Shown piece by piece: positions 9,238 to 18,758 of a DNA stretch of 64,000 nt. The notes beneath the pieces were generated by a model. The model ran no database searches and was not told the origin of the DNA. It saw only the letters and a program-made list of their open reading frames with translations. Source of the stretch: Nitrosopumilus sp. (GTDB lineage: Archaea > Thermoproteota > Nitrososphaeria > Nitrososphaerales > Nitrosopumilaceae); contig OZ244651.1 in the NCBI GenBank assembly GCA_965218695.1, forward strand, positions 2,368,001 through 2,432,000, read 5' to 3'. The translations under genes were made by a program, and so were the position numbers. Position 1 is the first letter of the stretch. Each line of letters begins with the position of its first letter.

Positions 9238-10836
9238 GTAACTGTGTAGTTTTTTGATCAAATGCTGAATTCCATGTCTCCAAGAAACTATGTATTTTTT
9301 TGACATAGGACCAGACCCTCGCGCAGGACCGTGCCAAGATCATCTCCCCTTGCCTTGCATGTCTGCTTGATGCTCATCAGCGTGGCAATGGCGTCTGCGC
9401 CCTTCTTTGACCTGCTCCCGTTGCTGTTCTTGCGCAGGATGACGCACGGCCTGATGGCCCGCTCTGCCCGGTTGTTGTGGTATTCGACATCGTCTGTCTC
9501 CAGAAACGCAAACAGGTGATCCCTTTCCCGCACCAGCCTCTTGCGCATCCTGTTGCAGTGCTTGCAGTCGCGGTTCTTCTCGAGCCTGCCTATCATGGAC
9601 GCGATGCGACGATCCAGCCTCTTCTTTGCGGCAAGCGCGTCTGCCCCTCCCGGAACGGCGCCGTCGACGTGCGAGTCCCGCAGTATCGCGCGCAGCGTCC
9701 TTGCGTGCCGACGGTAGTCCTGGCCGGGATTCTTGTATCTCAGGGTGGCCTTGACGTCCCGGACGTAATGCAGGTGGCACTTTTGGTGCATGGCTCCTAT
9801 GACGTTCCACGCTCCCCACGAGTCAGACGTCACGCATCCCGGGTAGTCCTTGCCGAGCATCTTTTTTGGAACCTTCGAGTTCCTGCGGCGGTGCACCTCG
9901 TAGATTACGGCGTACCTTGTTACCACCGCCCACAGCCAGTAGTTCGTGCCGTCGACGCGCCAGACGGACTCGTCCCCGTTTATCGCAGGCGAGTTTCTTA
10001 CCTCCTCCTTGATCTTCTCGTACAGCGGCCCGAGCTCCCGGGCCATCCTGCACACCATACGGTTTATCGCAGATTCCGTGATTCTTGCCGAGTACATCAT
10101 CATGACAATATTGCATATTCTGAGGTCTGACATGCCGTGCAGCCTGAGGATGACCATCATTATCATAAAGTTGATCCCGTACCTGGAGTTTGGCAGTGCC
10201 AGCGGAGTCCTGCCGGACACGGTCTTCTTGCAGTTCCTGCAACGTCTTCTCTTTACTGTCACCTTGATGTGCTTTAGTTCCGTCTTGGCAGCCTCCCTTA
10301 CCACCTTTGTGTACGTGGATACGCACTCGGAGAGGTCGGAGCTGCCGCAGTTGTCGCACGTGTGGGGATCTGCCGTCTCCTCTGCGTCTATTCTTTCAGG
10401 ACGCGCAAGGCCCGTGCGCCTGTGGACGCTTGGCTTGCCCTTGGCCTTTGTGCGGCGTCTGGCACTGCCCGTCTTTTTGTCAGGTTTTGCGCCGATGCTC
10501 CTTGCAACGGCAGCCGATATGGTGCCCCTTGCTTCCTGCAACTCTGCCGTGAGGTCCTGGATCTGCCTGAGGGCGGCAGCGTAAAGATCAGTGAGTTTGG
10601 CTATCTGCTGGTCCTTTTTGGCCAGCTGCCCTGCCATCATCTCCACTTTTTCCTCCAGTTCTGCAATCCTTGACTCGGAATTATCATCAGACATAATGCA
10701 AACCGTGGGAACTGATGATCTAAAAATTGGAATGGAGAGAAAAACTCGATCAAGTGATTAAAAATAGTTTCAAAAAAACTACACAGACGTTTGTAGGCAT
10801 GGAATTCAACATTTGATCAAAAAACTACACAGTTAC
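9238..10836 (-). mobile_element. IS66-family single-ORF element, copy a
   Basis: About 39-bp TIRs GTAACTGTGTAGTTTTTTGATCAAATG...; 8-bp TSD CTTTCGTG at 9230-9237 and 10837-10844. Confidence 0.92.
9288..10694 (-). CDS. IS66 transposase
   Basis: CxxC zinc motifs, GDESVW, QKCHLHY and HNNRAERAIRP. Confidence 0.92.
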   Translation of the reverse strand: MSDDNSESRIAELEEKVEMMAGQLAKKDQQIAKLTDLYAAALRQIQDLTAELQEARGTISAAVARSIGAKPDKKTGSARRRTKAKGKPSVHRRTGLARPERIDAEETADPHTCDNCGSSDLSECVSTYTKVVREAAKTELKHIKVTVKRRRCRNCKKTVSGRTPLALPNSRYGINFMIMMVILRLHGMSDLRICNIVMMMYSARITESAINRMVCRMARELGPLYEKIKEEVRNSPAINGDESVWRVDGTNYWLWAVVTRYAVIYEVHRRRNSKVPKKMLGKDYPGCVTSDSWGAWNVIGAMHQKCHLHYVRDVKATLRYKNPGQDYRRHARTLRAILRDSHVDGAVPGGADALAAKKRLDRRIASMIGRLEKNRDCKHCNRMRKRLVRERDHLFAFLETDDVEYHNNRAERAIRPCVILRKNSNGSRSKKGADAIATLMSIKQTCKARGDDLGTVLREGLVLCQKNT

Positions 10837-10851
10837 CTTTCGTGTTGTTTC

Positions 10852-12064
10852 GGGTGTGTCCTAGTAATAAAAAATGCCATCCCATGTACCAGAATGCCAA
10901 AGACACGATTGGTGCCAGAACCCGTCGACGCCAACAGTGCCGCACCATCGATCCTCCACAACCCATAAAATCCCCCAAATCCAAGACACTGTGCGGAGGC
11001 TCCGCTAGGAGGCGCGTGTCAAGACGCGCCGGTTACGCTGCAAGTGTCGCGATTTGATCCTGTGTGAGCCTGCCGTCTTTTGCCTGCAATCTGGCCACGA
11101 GCTCGATGTTGTAGCACATGACACGGATCGCAGTCTCCCTTGTCCGGTTCTCGTGTTTTCGGCACCTGGTGCTGTCCCCGTACATCTTCTTGAGGGCGGC
11201 AAAGACTGCCTCGATGATGCTGCGCTGGTGGTATTCCGAGTCAAACCTGTCCCGTTCATCCATGTACAGGCTTACCATCTCGCGCCACGACTGGCTTCCC
11301 CTGGCGTTGCGTATGGTGTTGGATTTTGGCTTGATGCGGGGTACCATTCCCATCGCAGATATCATGTTGCACATTAGCCTTGCCAGGTATGCAGAATCCA
11401 GGCAAAAGTCGCCGGTGCCCCGGCCTAACCTGCCGAGCATCGCGTACAGCCCGTTTATGTCTGCCACTGCGCTGTCAGTCACCATGCAGTCGATTATCAC
11501 CCTGGTGCGTATGTCCACGATTGCGTGCAGTTTGACCCATCCCTTTCTGGTACGAAAACTGTCGGTCCTGACGTCAAACCACCTGACAAACCGCAGGTAC
11601 GAGTATCCGGTACCGTCTGCTGCCAGGGAGCCTGCCTCCACCTCCCTGATGGCAATCCGGTGTGCCTCTGCCAGGTACCATTCCGGGATCAGGCCGTAGG
11701 CGCGTGCTATCGTGCTCTTGGAGGGAATTTTCTCTAGGCCCATCTTGGCTGCCATGGCGCTATTGTTTCGGAGGATGCCGACCATCTTACGGTAGGTCGT
11801 GCGCTGTGCCTCAAGCATGATGCAGACAGCTGCCATGGCGCCAGGCGGGTATGCCGTCATGCCGCCCAGACCGGGCCTGACGGCGTACGGATCCCCAAGA
11901 TTCTTGATTATTCCCAGCACGGTATTCAGCATGAGGCCCGACAGGTACTGCTGAACCAAATCGTACTGTCGTTGGTCGCGTTTCTTTGTAGTCATTAGGC
12001 GATGCCGTGATCCGCCGATCCATATCTTTTGTCATCCGGGGGTATATGCCTCTAGGACACACCC
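10852..12064 (-). mobile_element. IS5-family (IS903/ISH1-like) element
   Basis: TIRs GGGTGTGTCCTAG / CTAGGACACACCC; 9-bp TSD TGTTGTTTC at 10843-10851 and 12065-12073. Confidence 0.88.
11033..11995 (-). CDS. IS5-family DDE transposase
   Basis: ADGTG, WVKLHAIVD, LDSAY and YHQRSIIEAVF motifs. Confidence 0.9.
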   Translation of the reverse strand: MTTKKRDQRQYDLVQQYLSGLMLNTVLGIIKNLGDPYAVRPGLGGMTAYPPGAMAAVCIMLEAQRTTYRKMVGILRNNSAMAAKMGLEKIPSKSTIARAYGLIPEWYLAEAHRIAIREVEAGSLAADGTGYSYLRFVRWFDVRTDSFRTRKGWVKLHAIVDIRTRVIIDCMVTDSAVADINGLYAMLGRLGRGTGDFCLDSAYLARLMCNMISAMGMVPRIKPKSNTIRNARGSQSWREMVSLYMDERDRFDSEYHQRSIIEAVFAALKKMYGDSTRCRKHENRTRETAIRVMCYNIELVARLQAKDGRLTQDQIATLAA

Positions 12065-12149
12065 TGTTGTTTCTGTGTAGGGTTTGGATGCAGGTCAGTT
12101 GTTATGCCGGACCATATCGATGCCACAGGTCCACGCCGCGCCGCGCCAG

Positions 12150-13040
12150 TCATATCCCAAGCTGGGCATCGATGACCCTCTTGAAGTTCTCAAACGGCTG
12201 GGCTCCGGATATCGTCACGTATCCCAGATCGTCGTTTCCTATGAAGAATCCCGGGGTTCCAGAGATGCCGTAGATTCTTCCGTCCTCCAGATCCATTCTG
12301 ATCTCGTTTACGTACTTGCCGGTAGTAAGGCACGTGTCAAAGGTTTCCTGGTCCAGTTGGAGCTGTGCAGCATACTGGCTGAATATCGAGATTGCCTGGA
12401 CAGTCTCCTGCGGGCTCCATTGGGCCTGGTTCTCAAAGAGCAGGTCATGCATCGGTTTGAACTGTCCCTGCTCGTGTGCGCACTCTGCTGCCACGGCTGC
12501 AGGTACCGCGTTTGGATGACTGTTCTGGAGCGGAAAGTCCCTGTAGACCAGTTTTACATCGCCTCTGTCTATGTACTCCTCCAAAAGCAGCGGCAGCGTC
12601 TGAGAGCTGAATCTGGCGCAGAACGGGCACTGAAAGTCTGAAAACTCGATTATCGTGATTGGCGCATTCGGATCGCCCAGCACTGGATCGTCGTCTGCAG
12701 ATATCTGCACCGGCGGTTCGGGCTGCTGCTGGCCTGCAGGCATCATGTTCTGCATCATCCTAAGTTCCAGTTTGGAGAGTGCGTCGTTGAGATCATCTTG
12801 TGTGATTGTATTGGAGCCGGCATCAGAGACATAGTATCCTGCAAAGAATGCAGCTATCCCCACTGCCACTACCATCCCCATGACCAGTCCGCCGGAAAGG
12901 GGATTTTTGGCAGGCGTATGCTGTGCGGCCCTTCCGGTGCCTGCGCCCTTGCCATCAGACGATGATACATCCGGAACGGTTTCCTTGGAGTTATCATCAG
13001 GATCTGTGGCACTCACAGTCACCTGTTCAATCCACTGCAT
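12150..13040 (-). CDS. membrane-anchored DsbA-family thiol-disulfide oxidoreductase
   Basis: EFSDFQCPFC, YRDFPL, GTPGFF and GAQPFE motifs; N-terminal TM segment. Confidence 0.9.
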   Translation of the reverse strand: MQWIEQVTVSATDPDDNSKETVPDVSSSDGKGAGTGRAAQHTPAKNPLSGGLVMGMVVAVGIAAFFAGYYVSDAGSNTITQDDLNDALSKLELRMMQNMMPAGQQQPEPPVQISADDDPVLGDPNAPITIIEFSDFQCPFCARFSSQTLPLLLEEYIDRGDVKLVYRDFPLQNSHPNAVPAAVAAECAHEQGQFKPMHDLLFENQAQWSPQETVQAISIFSQYAAQLQLDQETFDTCLTTGKYVNEIRMDLEDGRIYGISGTPGFFIGNDDLGYVTISGAQPFENFKRVIDAQLGI

Positions 13041-13200
13041 AATTAATCGTATTGGACCGGGGCAGTCGGATTCAGGCGAGAGCCGATGAGCCGGCAGGCA
13101 GTGATCCCGGACACGAATACGTCACGGTTCCGGCCTTGCGTGCAGGGCATCGGGTTTCCCAAAAGCACGGCAGGCTGCAAAGCGAGTCAGAATATCTAAA

Positions 13201-13275
13201 AGCCAATGGCGGGATCCGAACCCACGACCTTTCGCTTACAAGGCGAATGCTCTAGCCAGGCTGAGCTACATTGGC
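13201..13275 (-). tRNA. tRNA-Thr(TGT)
   Basis: GCCAATG acceptor stem, D-arm TAGCTCAGCCTGGCTAGAGC, anticodon arm TTCGC-CTTGTAA-GCGAA, T-arm GGGTTCGGATCCC; no encoded CCA. Confidence 0.93.
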
Positions 13276-13455
13276 ACGATGTAAAATGAAATTTTTGACG
13301 GTTTAAAGTGTTGGGAAAGTACGGTTTTGCTCGATCCCCCCCCCTCCATGACAGGCCTAGCGCAGCTCCCGGTCACGGGCGGCACCTGCCGGCCATGTAT
13401 TTTCATCGGGCGCACCATCGCCAATTTATAATAGTAATGTGACGGGATATTTGCT

Positions 13456-13680
13456 ATGAGATACATCGAGCCAAGAAGGGTCAAGATTTTGATGCTGATG
13501 TTCTTTGGAACCGGCGCATTGGGCATGATCGTCGGGCTGATGGTGGCGCCTCCGTCCACAACCCTGATCATTACGTTTATGGGCGTCGTCAACTTTGGGC
13601 TGGGTGCATTCTTTGCATACCTCTTTTTGACGCAGGAGAAAAAGGCGCCTGACAAAAGGAAGAAGAAGAAACGCGACTAG
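13456..13680 (+). CDS. small 2-TM membrane protein
   Basis: Two hydrophobic helices and a basic tail; TTTATAAT TATA box upstream. Confidence 0.75.
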   Translation: MRYIEPRRVKILMLMFFGTGALGMIVGLMVAPPSTTLIITFMGVVNFGLGAFFAYLFLTQEKKAPDKRKKKKRD

Positions 13681-13938
13681 CCAAGTACGCCGTGTGCAGC
13701 GGGGCGGCGGCGTGTGCGGGATTATCCACAGGCATTCGGCGGTATGGTTTGGGCTCCTGACACGGCGCGTACATGCTTGCCGCCGCCGCCGTCGCTGTCG
13801 CTGTCGCTGTCGCATCCTCCGGAATCTGGCATGATGGCCGCCATCTGCACAATTCATTTCTGGACAGGATTCGCACCTGGATGCGACGGCGGTGCACTTG
13901 GTTGAAATATAAATAATGACGAGTCACACCAAACAGCA

Positions 13939-14487
13939 ATGTTGGATCTTGTTGCCAAGAATCTGTTTCTTACTAGAGGCAAGGGCGTTCACGAGGATCG
14001 GCTTACAAGCTTCGAGTATGCCCTAAGGGACGCAGGCATCGCAGGAACCAACCTGGTGCTGATCTCAAGCATATTCCCGCCAAAGGCCAAACTCATCCCG
14101 AGAAAGGACGGGCTCAAGCTCATCAAGCCGGGCCAGATACTCTTTACGATATACTCCAAGAACCAGACCAACGAGCCGCACAGAATGTGCGCGGCATCCG
14201 TGGGACTGGCACAGCCAAAAGACAGCAGCAGGTATGGCTACCTCTCCGAGTACGAATCGTTTGGGCAAAACGAGGTCCAGGCAGGCGACTATGCAGAGGA
14301 CGTCGCAGCCCAGATGCTTGCATCGTCTTTGGGAATTCCCTTTGACGTGGACAAGGACTGGGACGAAAAGAGGCAACAGTGGTCCATCTCGGGGCAGATA
14401 TACAACACGCACAACATCACCCAGTCTGCAAGGGGAGACAAGGACGGAAGGTGGACCACAGTCTTTGCAGCCGCAGTCCTTCTCTAG
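13939..14487 (+). CDS. pdaD: pyruvoyl-dependent arginine decarboxylase
   Basis: SFEYALRDAGI..NLVLISSIFP (SS cleavage site), GYLSE and WTTVFAAAV. Confidence 0.9.
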   Translation: MLDLVAKNLFLTRGKGVHEDRLTSFEYALRDAGIAGTNLVLISSIFPPKAKLIPRKDGLKLIKPGQILFTIYSKNQTNEPHRMCAASVGLAQPKDSSRYGYLSEYESFGQNEVQAGDYAEDVAAQMLASSLGIPFDVDKDWDEKRQQWSISGQIYNTHNITQSARGDKDGRWTTVFAAAVLL

Positions 14488-15711
14488 TCATTTCTTGCGC
14501 CGGCCGATGAGATAAAACACTACGATGCCAACGACGGCAGCAACAGCAACAGCGGCCATCAGGGCATAGTATGATTCGCCGGAATCGTCTTCGGGCAGCT
14601 CGGGAATCTCCGGTTCGGGAACATCCATGTCAGGAGTCATGTCCTGTCCTGTTCCGAGTGAAAACACCAGCTCGTCGGATCCTATGGAGGTCTTGTTGCC
14701 AAAGAGGTACTTTCCCTGTATCGTGTCACCCTCGGATGGATCAAAGACCCAGCCGTTCACGGTGATATCCGTAGGGATCTGCTGGCCGTCAATCAGCAGT
14801 GTCGGGGTCACGCTGCCCATGACGTCAGATACGACGGCGGCATCATCCACATCCGACAAGACCACCACCTGGACCAGTGAGTTCAGCGGGTAGAATCCGG
14901 ATGTCAGGTAGTCTGACCTTCTGATCTCCTCTGTCTGGAGATAGTCCAGCGGACTGATCCGTTCGGGGGACTCCCCGGAATACGTTGTCGAGAGCCTCAG
15001 CTGGAAGAGAAGATTCGAATCCAGGGGGATTATGGAAAATGCCACCTTGGCATTTTCGTGGGACGACATATCCCGGGCGATGCCGTAAAATCCCCGGCCG
15101 TCTCGAATCTCCTCGGAGACAAGCATCGTTGATATCCTCTCATACATCGAGTGCGTCTCCTCCATTGGCATGGTGTATACTGCAGATACCGTGCCTCTGC
15201 CGGACACTGCGCCGGAGGTATCGAGGATTCGGTTTGCCGCATCATCAGTGTGAATGTATATGGAATGGAATGCAGCCCCGGTATCGAACAGCCGGTTAAA
15301 CCCGTCAATGTACGCATCCCCTACCGCTCTTGTGGAGTCCCGGATGGTGGCGATTCCGTTGCTCTCCGGATCCCTTGCTACGTTTATCAGGATGCACGAC
15401 GTGTCGCTTACGCCCGCTATGCACGGATCATGATTCGTAAGCACCATGGCATCTATCCGGGGGTCGCCTGCTAGCTGCCGTGCCAGCTCCTCGGGAATAA
15501 TGATCTCTCCAATGTCGGTGCTCTGCAGCGTCACTGATGCAGTCACGCTCTGCGATATGCGCTTGTCGATGATTACCTGGGCAGTCTCTTGAAATGTGGC
15601 AAGGCCCGGTCCCTGGGAGTAGGCGGTTGTTCCAGACGAGGCCACTGCTACCGCCATTACCGCCAGTACTGCCATTACTGCCAGCAACATCCAAGACATG
15701 CATGTCTCCAC
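14488..15711 (-). CDS. secreted / C-terminally membrane-anchored hypothetical protein
   Basis: Signal peptide, acidic linker, C-terminal TM followed by RRKK. Confidence 0.8.
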   Translation of the reverse strand: METCMSWMLLAVMAVLAVMAVAVASSGTTAYSQGPGLATFQETAQVIIDKRISQSVTASVTLQSTDIGEIIIPEELARQLAGDPRIDAMVLTNHDPCIAGVSDTSCILINVARDPESNGIATIRDSTRAVGDAYIDGFNRLFDTGAAFHSIYIHTDDAANRILDTSGAVSGRGTVSAVYTMPMEETHSMYERISTMLVSEEIRDGRGFYGIARDMSSHENAKVAFSIIPLDSNLLFQLRLSTTYSGESPERISPLDYLQTEEIRRSDYLTSGFYPLNSLVQVVVLSDVDDAAVVSDVMGSVTPTLLIDGQQIPTDITVNGWVFDPSEGDTIQGKYLFGNKTSIGSDELVFSLGTGQDMTPDMDVPEPEIPELPEDDSGESYYALMAAVAVAAVVGIVVFYLIGRRKK

Positions 15712-15997
15712 ACTGCAATGAAATTAGAATCTTGTCCCTGCGATGCAGTGTTTAGGCGTCGGCGTGCAGTGGGAATCAACACGCGTATCCTGCAGACATG
15801 CAGCAGCAACGCATGCCGGGATTCCACTCATGCAGGCGCAGATGCCGGGATGGCGTCATTGCCCGTACTCGGACAGAACGAACCCCCTGCATAATCTCAA
15901 ACGTTTAAATCGTCGGAACCACGCGGTACCATGACATCGAATTCAAACCGTTCGGGGAACAAGCTGGCAGTCGATGCGTTAGACTGCCAGCCCCAAA

Positions 15998-17767
15998 TTA
16001 ATTCAATGAAGAGAGTTCTCTTACCTGCCTGTTCACGTAGTCAAACCCCTCCTGCCAGAATCTTGGGGAGTGGATGTCAAACCCGTATTCGGCAAGCAGC
16101 CCCTCGGGCTTTCGGGAGCCGCCTGCTGCAAGTATGCTGATGTATGCGGGGACAAAGTCCTTGCCCTCCTTTTTGTACCTCTGGAACAGCGACAGTGCAA
16201 GCAGGTTTCCAAAAGAGTATGCATAGCAGTAGAACGGCGAGTGGTAAAAGTGCGGTATGCAGAGCCACTCGTCTGAAAAGTCCTCAGAGATATTCACGGA
16301 GTCACCAAACTGCTCTTGGAGGTTCTGCAGGTACGTCTTTGAGACCTCCTCTGTCGTGGCCCCCTGTCCTATCTGCTTGTGGGCATCCACCTCAAAGACT
16401 GTAAAAAACGACTGCCGGAGTATGGTGGCATACAGATCGTCGATCTTTTCAGAGAGCATCGCCCTCTTTTCGTCATCAGCGATACTCTCAGACAGGCTGT
16501 CATAGAGCAGCAGCTCAGAGAACGTCGATGCAGTCTCTGCCAGTGGGAGCGGTGGATCCTGGACCAGTATCGATCTGTCTCCGGCAGCCTGGCTGTGCGC
16601 TGCATGGCCAAGCTCGTGGGCCAGGGTAAAGACGTCCCTTGACTTTCCGGTAAAGTTTACCATCACGTACGGGGTAATGTCAGGCGTCAGCGTGCTGCAA
16701 AACGCCCCGTCCCTTTTTCCGGGCCGTATCGCAGAGTCGATGTGGTTCTCCTCAAAGACGCGCCTTGCGTATCCTGCAAGGGTGCTGCTGAACCTCTCCA
16801 GCGAATCAAACACCATCCTGACTGATTTGTCATACGAGTATCTCTTTTCGGTGCGCGCAGTGGTAGGCGCATACAGGTCGTACCGCCTGAGTGCGTCCAT
16901 GTCAAGCATTTTCGCCTTTTGAACAAAGAACCTCTGAAAGACGGGCGCGTTTCTCCTGCATGCCAGAAGGAGCGATTCCACGGTTCTGTCGTCTATGTTG
17001 TTTACGATGTTTCTAATAGAGATGGGCGTCTTGTGCCCCCTAATCTCGATTCCCTCGTCCCTCCAGTTAAGTACGATATTCTGGTATATCTCGCCTGCCA
17101 CCCCCCTGTCCTGGGCATACCTTGAGAGGATGGTCTGGTAGGCGTTCTGGCGGAGATCGGGGTTTGAATTCTTGACGTAGCCGGTGATCTCCTCGCGCGT
17201 CATTGTTCTGGTTCTGCGCCCGACTTTCATCTTGTACTGGTACGCGCCGGTTATCTTGTCGTACAGCTTTGTCAGGGCCGATGCCCCCGTGACATCCAGC
17301 GTGTTGATTATCTTCTCCTCGGGCTCGCTGAGGGAGTATCGTGCAAGCAGCCTCTTGTGCAGCAGGTACTCGGCAAGCTCGCCTGCCCCGCCTGCCAGCC
17401 TTTTGGCGTCTGCCTCGCCGACGTCCTTCTTCCACCACAAATCAAAGAATAGGATGCGGTTGGATACCTCAGAACTCAGTTTGAGCATCCGCGTCATCAG
17501 CGATGTTGCCTCATCTGACTGGGTGTCTGCTGCGTACGACAGGGACGCGTATCCCACGACCTTGTGCGTCTCCTCTGAGATCTCCTCTATGGCCCCCAGC
17601 ATCCCCATGAACCTCGCAGGAGAGATTTGGGGGGCCAGCTCGGACTTTGCCTTTTCAAACTTTTTTGCCTTTCGTTCCAGTCTGCGTACCTGTCTCTGGA
17701 AGACCTTGCCCTTTGGATCATCTGCCAGTTCCGACAGGCTCCATTCCCCCAGGGCGTATTGGATCAT
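15998..17767 (-). CDS. pepF: oligoendopeptidase F (peptidase M3B)
   Basis: GKRDGAFC, TLAHELGHAAH, AETASTFSE and PHFYHSPFYCYAY motifs. Confidence 0.92.
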   Translation of the reverse strand: MIQYALGEWSLSELADDPKGKVFQRQVRRLERKAKKFEKAKSELAPQISPARFMGMLGAIEEISEETHKVVGYASLSYAADTQSDEATSLMTRMLKLSSEVSNRILFFDLWWKKDVGEADAKRLAGGAGELAEYLLHKRLLARYSLSEPEEKIINTLDVTGASALTKLYDKITGAYQYKMKVGRRTRTMTREEITGYVKNSNPDLRQNAYQTILSRYAQDRGVAGEIYQNIVLNWRDEGIEIRGHKTPISIRNIVNNIDDRTVESLLLACRRNAPVFQRFFVQKAKMLDMDALRRYDLYAPTTARTEKRYSYDKSVRMVFDSLERFSSTLAGYARRVFEENHIDSAIRPGKRDGAFCSTLTPDITPYVMVNFTGKSRDVFTLAHELGHAAHSQAAGDRSILVQDPPLPLAETASTFSELLLYDSLSESIADDEKRAMLSEKIDDLYATILRQSFFTVFEVDAHKQIGQGATTEEVSKTYLQNLQEQFGDSVNISEDFSDEWLCIPHFYHSPFYCYAYSFGNLLALSLFQRYKKEGKDFVPAYISILAAGGSRKPEGLLAEYGFDIHSPRFWQEGFDYVNRQVRELSSLN

Positions 17768-17838
17768 GGGTCTTGCTCTCTTGCGACCATTAAAAAATCA
17801 ATGGTATGTATCTGCACGTGCAGGATTCTGGCAGTGCC

Positions 17839-18378
17839 TCAGTATTTTTGGAGGGTGTCCTTGTAGCGCTTTATGGAGCCGATGATGACAGACTTTGCAT
17901 CATCAGACGGCTTCCACCCCATTATCTCGACTTTCTTTCCCTCCAGATCCTTGTAGACCTGGAAAAAGTGGGCAATCTCGGAGCGGTAGTGATCCTCGAT
18001 GTCTGTGATGTCTGCGGCGTGAAGGTACCGCGGGTCGTTGGTGGAGACGCAGATTATCTTGTCATCGAGCTTTCCGTCATCCATCATCTGCAGCAGCCCG
18101 ATGGGTCTTGCCTCTATGAGGATGCCAGGATACGTGGGGTTGGTGACCAGCACCAGGGCGTCAAGCGGGTCTCCGTCCTCAGAAAGTGTCTGGGGGACGA
18201 GTCCGTAGTCCCCCGGGTAGTGGAACGGCGAGAACAGGACCCTGTCAAGCTTTATCAGGTTGTGTTTTTTGTCGTACTCGTACTTGTTCATCGAGCCCTT
18301 TGGAATCTCCACGATCACGTTGATTATCTCCGGGATGTCGATTCCCGGTTCGATGTCGTGCCAGAAGTTCTTGGTCAT
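17839..18378 (-). CDS. ppa: inorganic pyrophosphatase (family I)
   Basis: EIPKGSMNKYEY, YPGDYG, DGDPLD and DDKIIC motifs. Confidence 0.95.
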   Translation of the reverse strand: MTKNFWHDIEPGIDIPEIINVIVEIPKGSMNKYEYDKKHNLIKLDRVLFSPFHYPGDYGLVPQTLSEDGDPLDALVLVTNPTYPGILIEARPIGLLQMMDDGKLDDKIICVSTNDPRYLHAADITDIEDHYRSEIAHFFQVYKDLEGKKVEIMGWKPSDDAKSVIIGSIKRYKDTLQKY

Positions 18379-18556
18379 CTGGCTACAGGCGGCACGGTTT
18401 GACATATGAATTATGGTTCTGTTAACTTATCAAGATCTGCTGGTGGCTGTTAACAGTCGTGATCTGGCTCTGGCAAATTTTTGTGATTTTCTTCCCAACG
18501 TTTACCAAAATCATTGCCAGCACATGTATTATATTTTTAATAAAAAATACAAAATT

Positions 18557-18573
18557 CGAAAGCATTTAAATAA
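18557..18573 (+). promoter_or_regulatory. putative BRE/TATA promoter of tnpB, now separated from it by a 3.2-kb insertion
   Basis: CGAAAGCATTTAAATA lies about 22-29 nt before the tnpB ATG in the reconstructed pre-insertion allele. Confidence 0.55.
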
Positions 18574-18758
18574 AAAATGTGCTTTATTGTAATAGAAGCC
18601 ATGCGTAATCCCTCCATTTCGTTGGGTTAAACCAGAAAAACCCAGAAAATATTAAAAATTCTGATTTAATTCTCGCCATGTTAGCCATGTGGGGATCCTG
18701 TCCTGCCAGAAATACAAAATAACGTGCGCAACCTTGCAGCACCACGATGTGCACGGAA

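Noticed and set aside
13201-13275. tRNA as the attachment site of an integrated element
   Set aside because: No duplicate of the tRNA 3' end and no integrase seen in the window.
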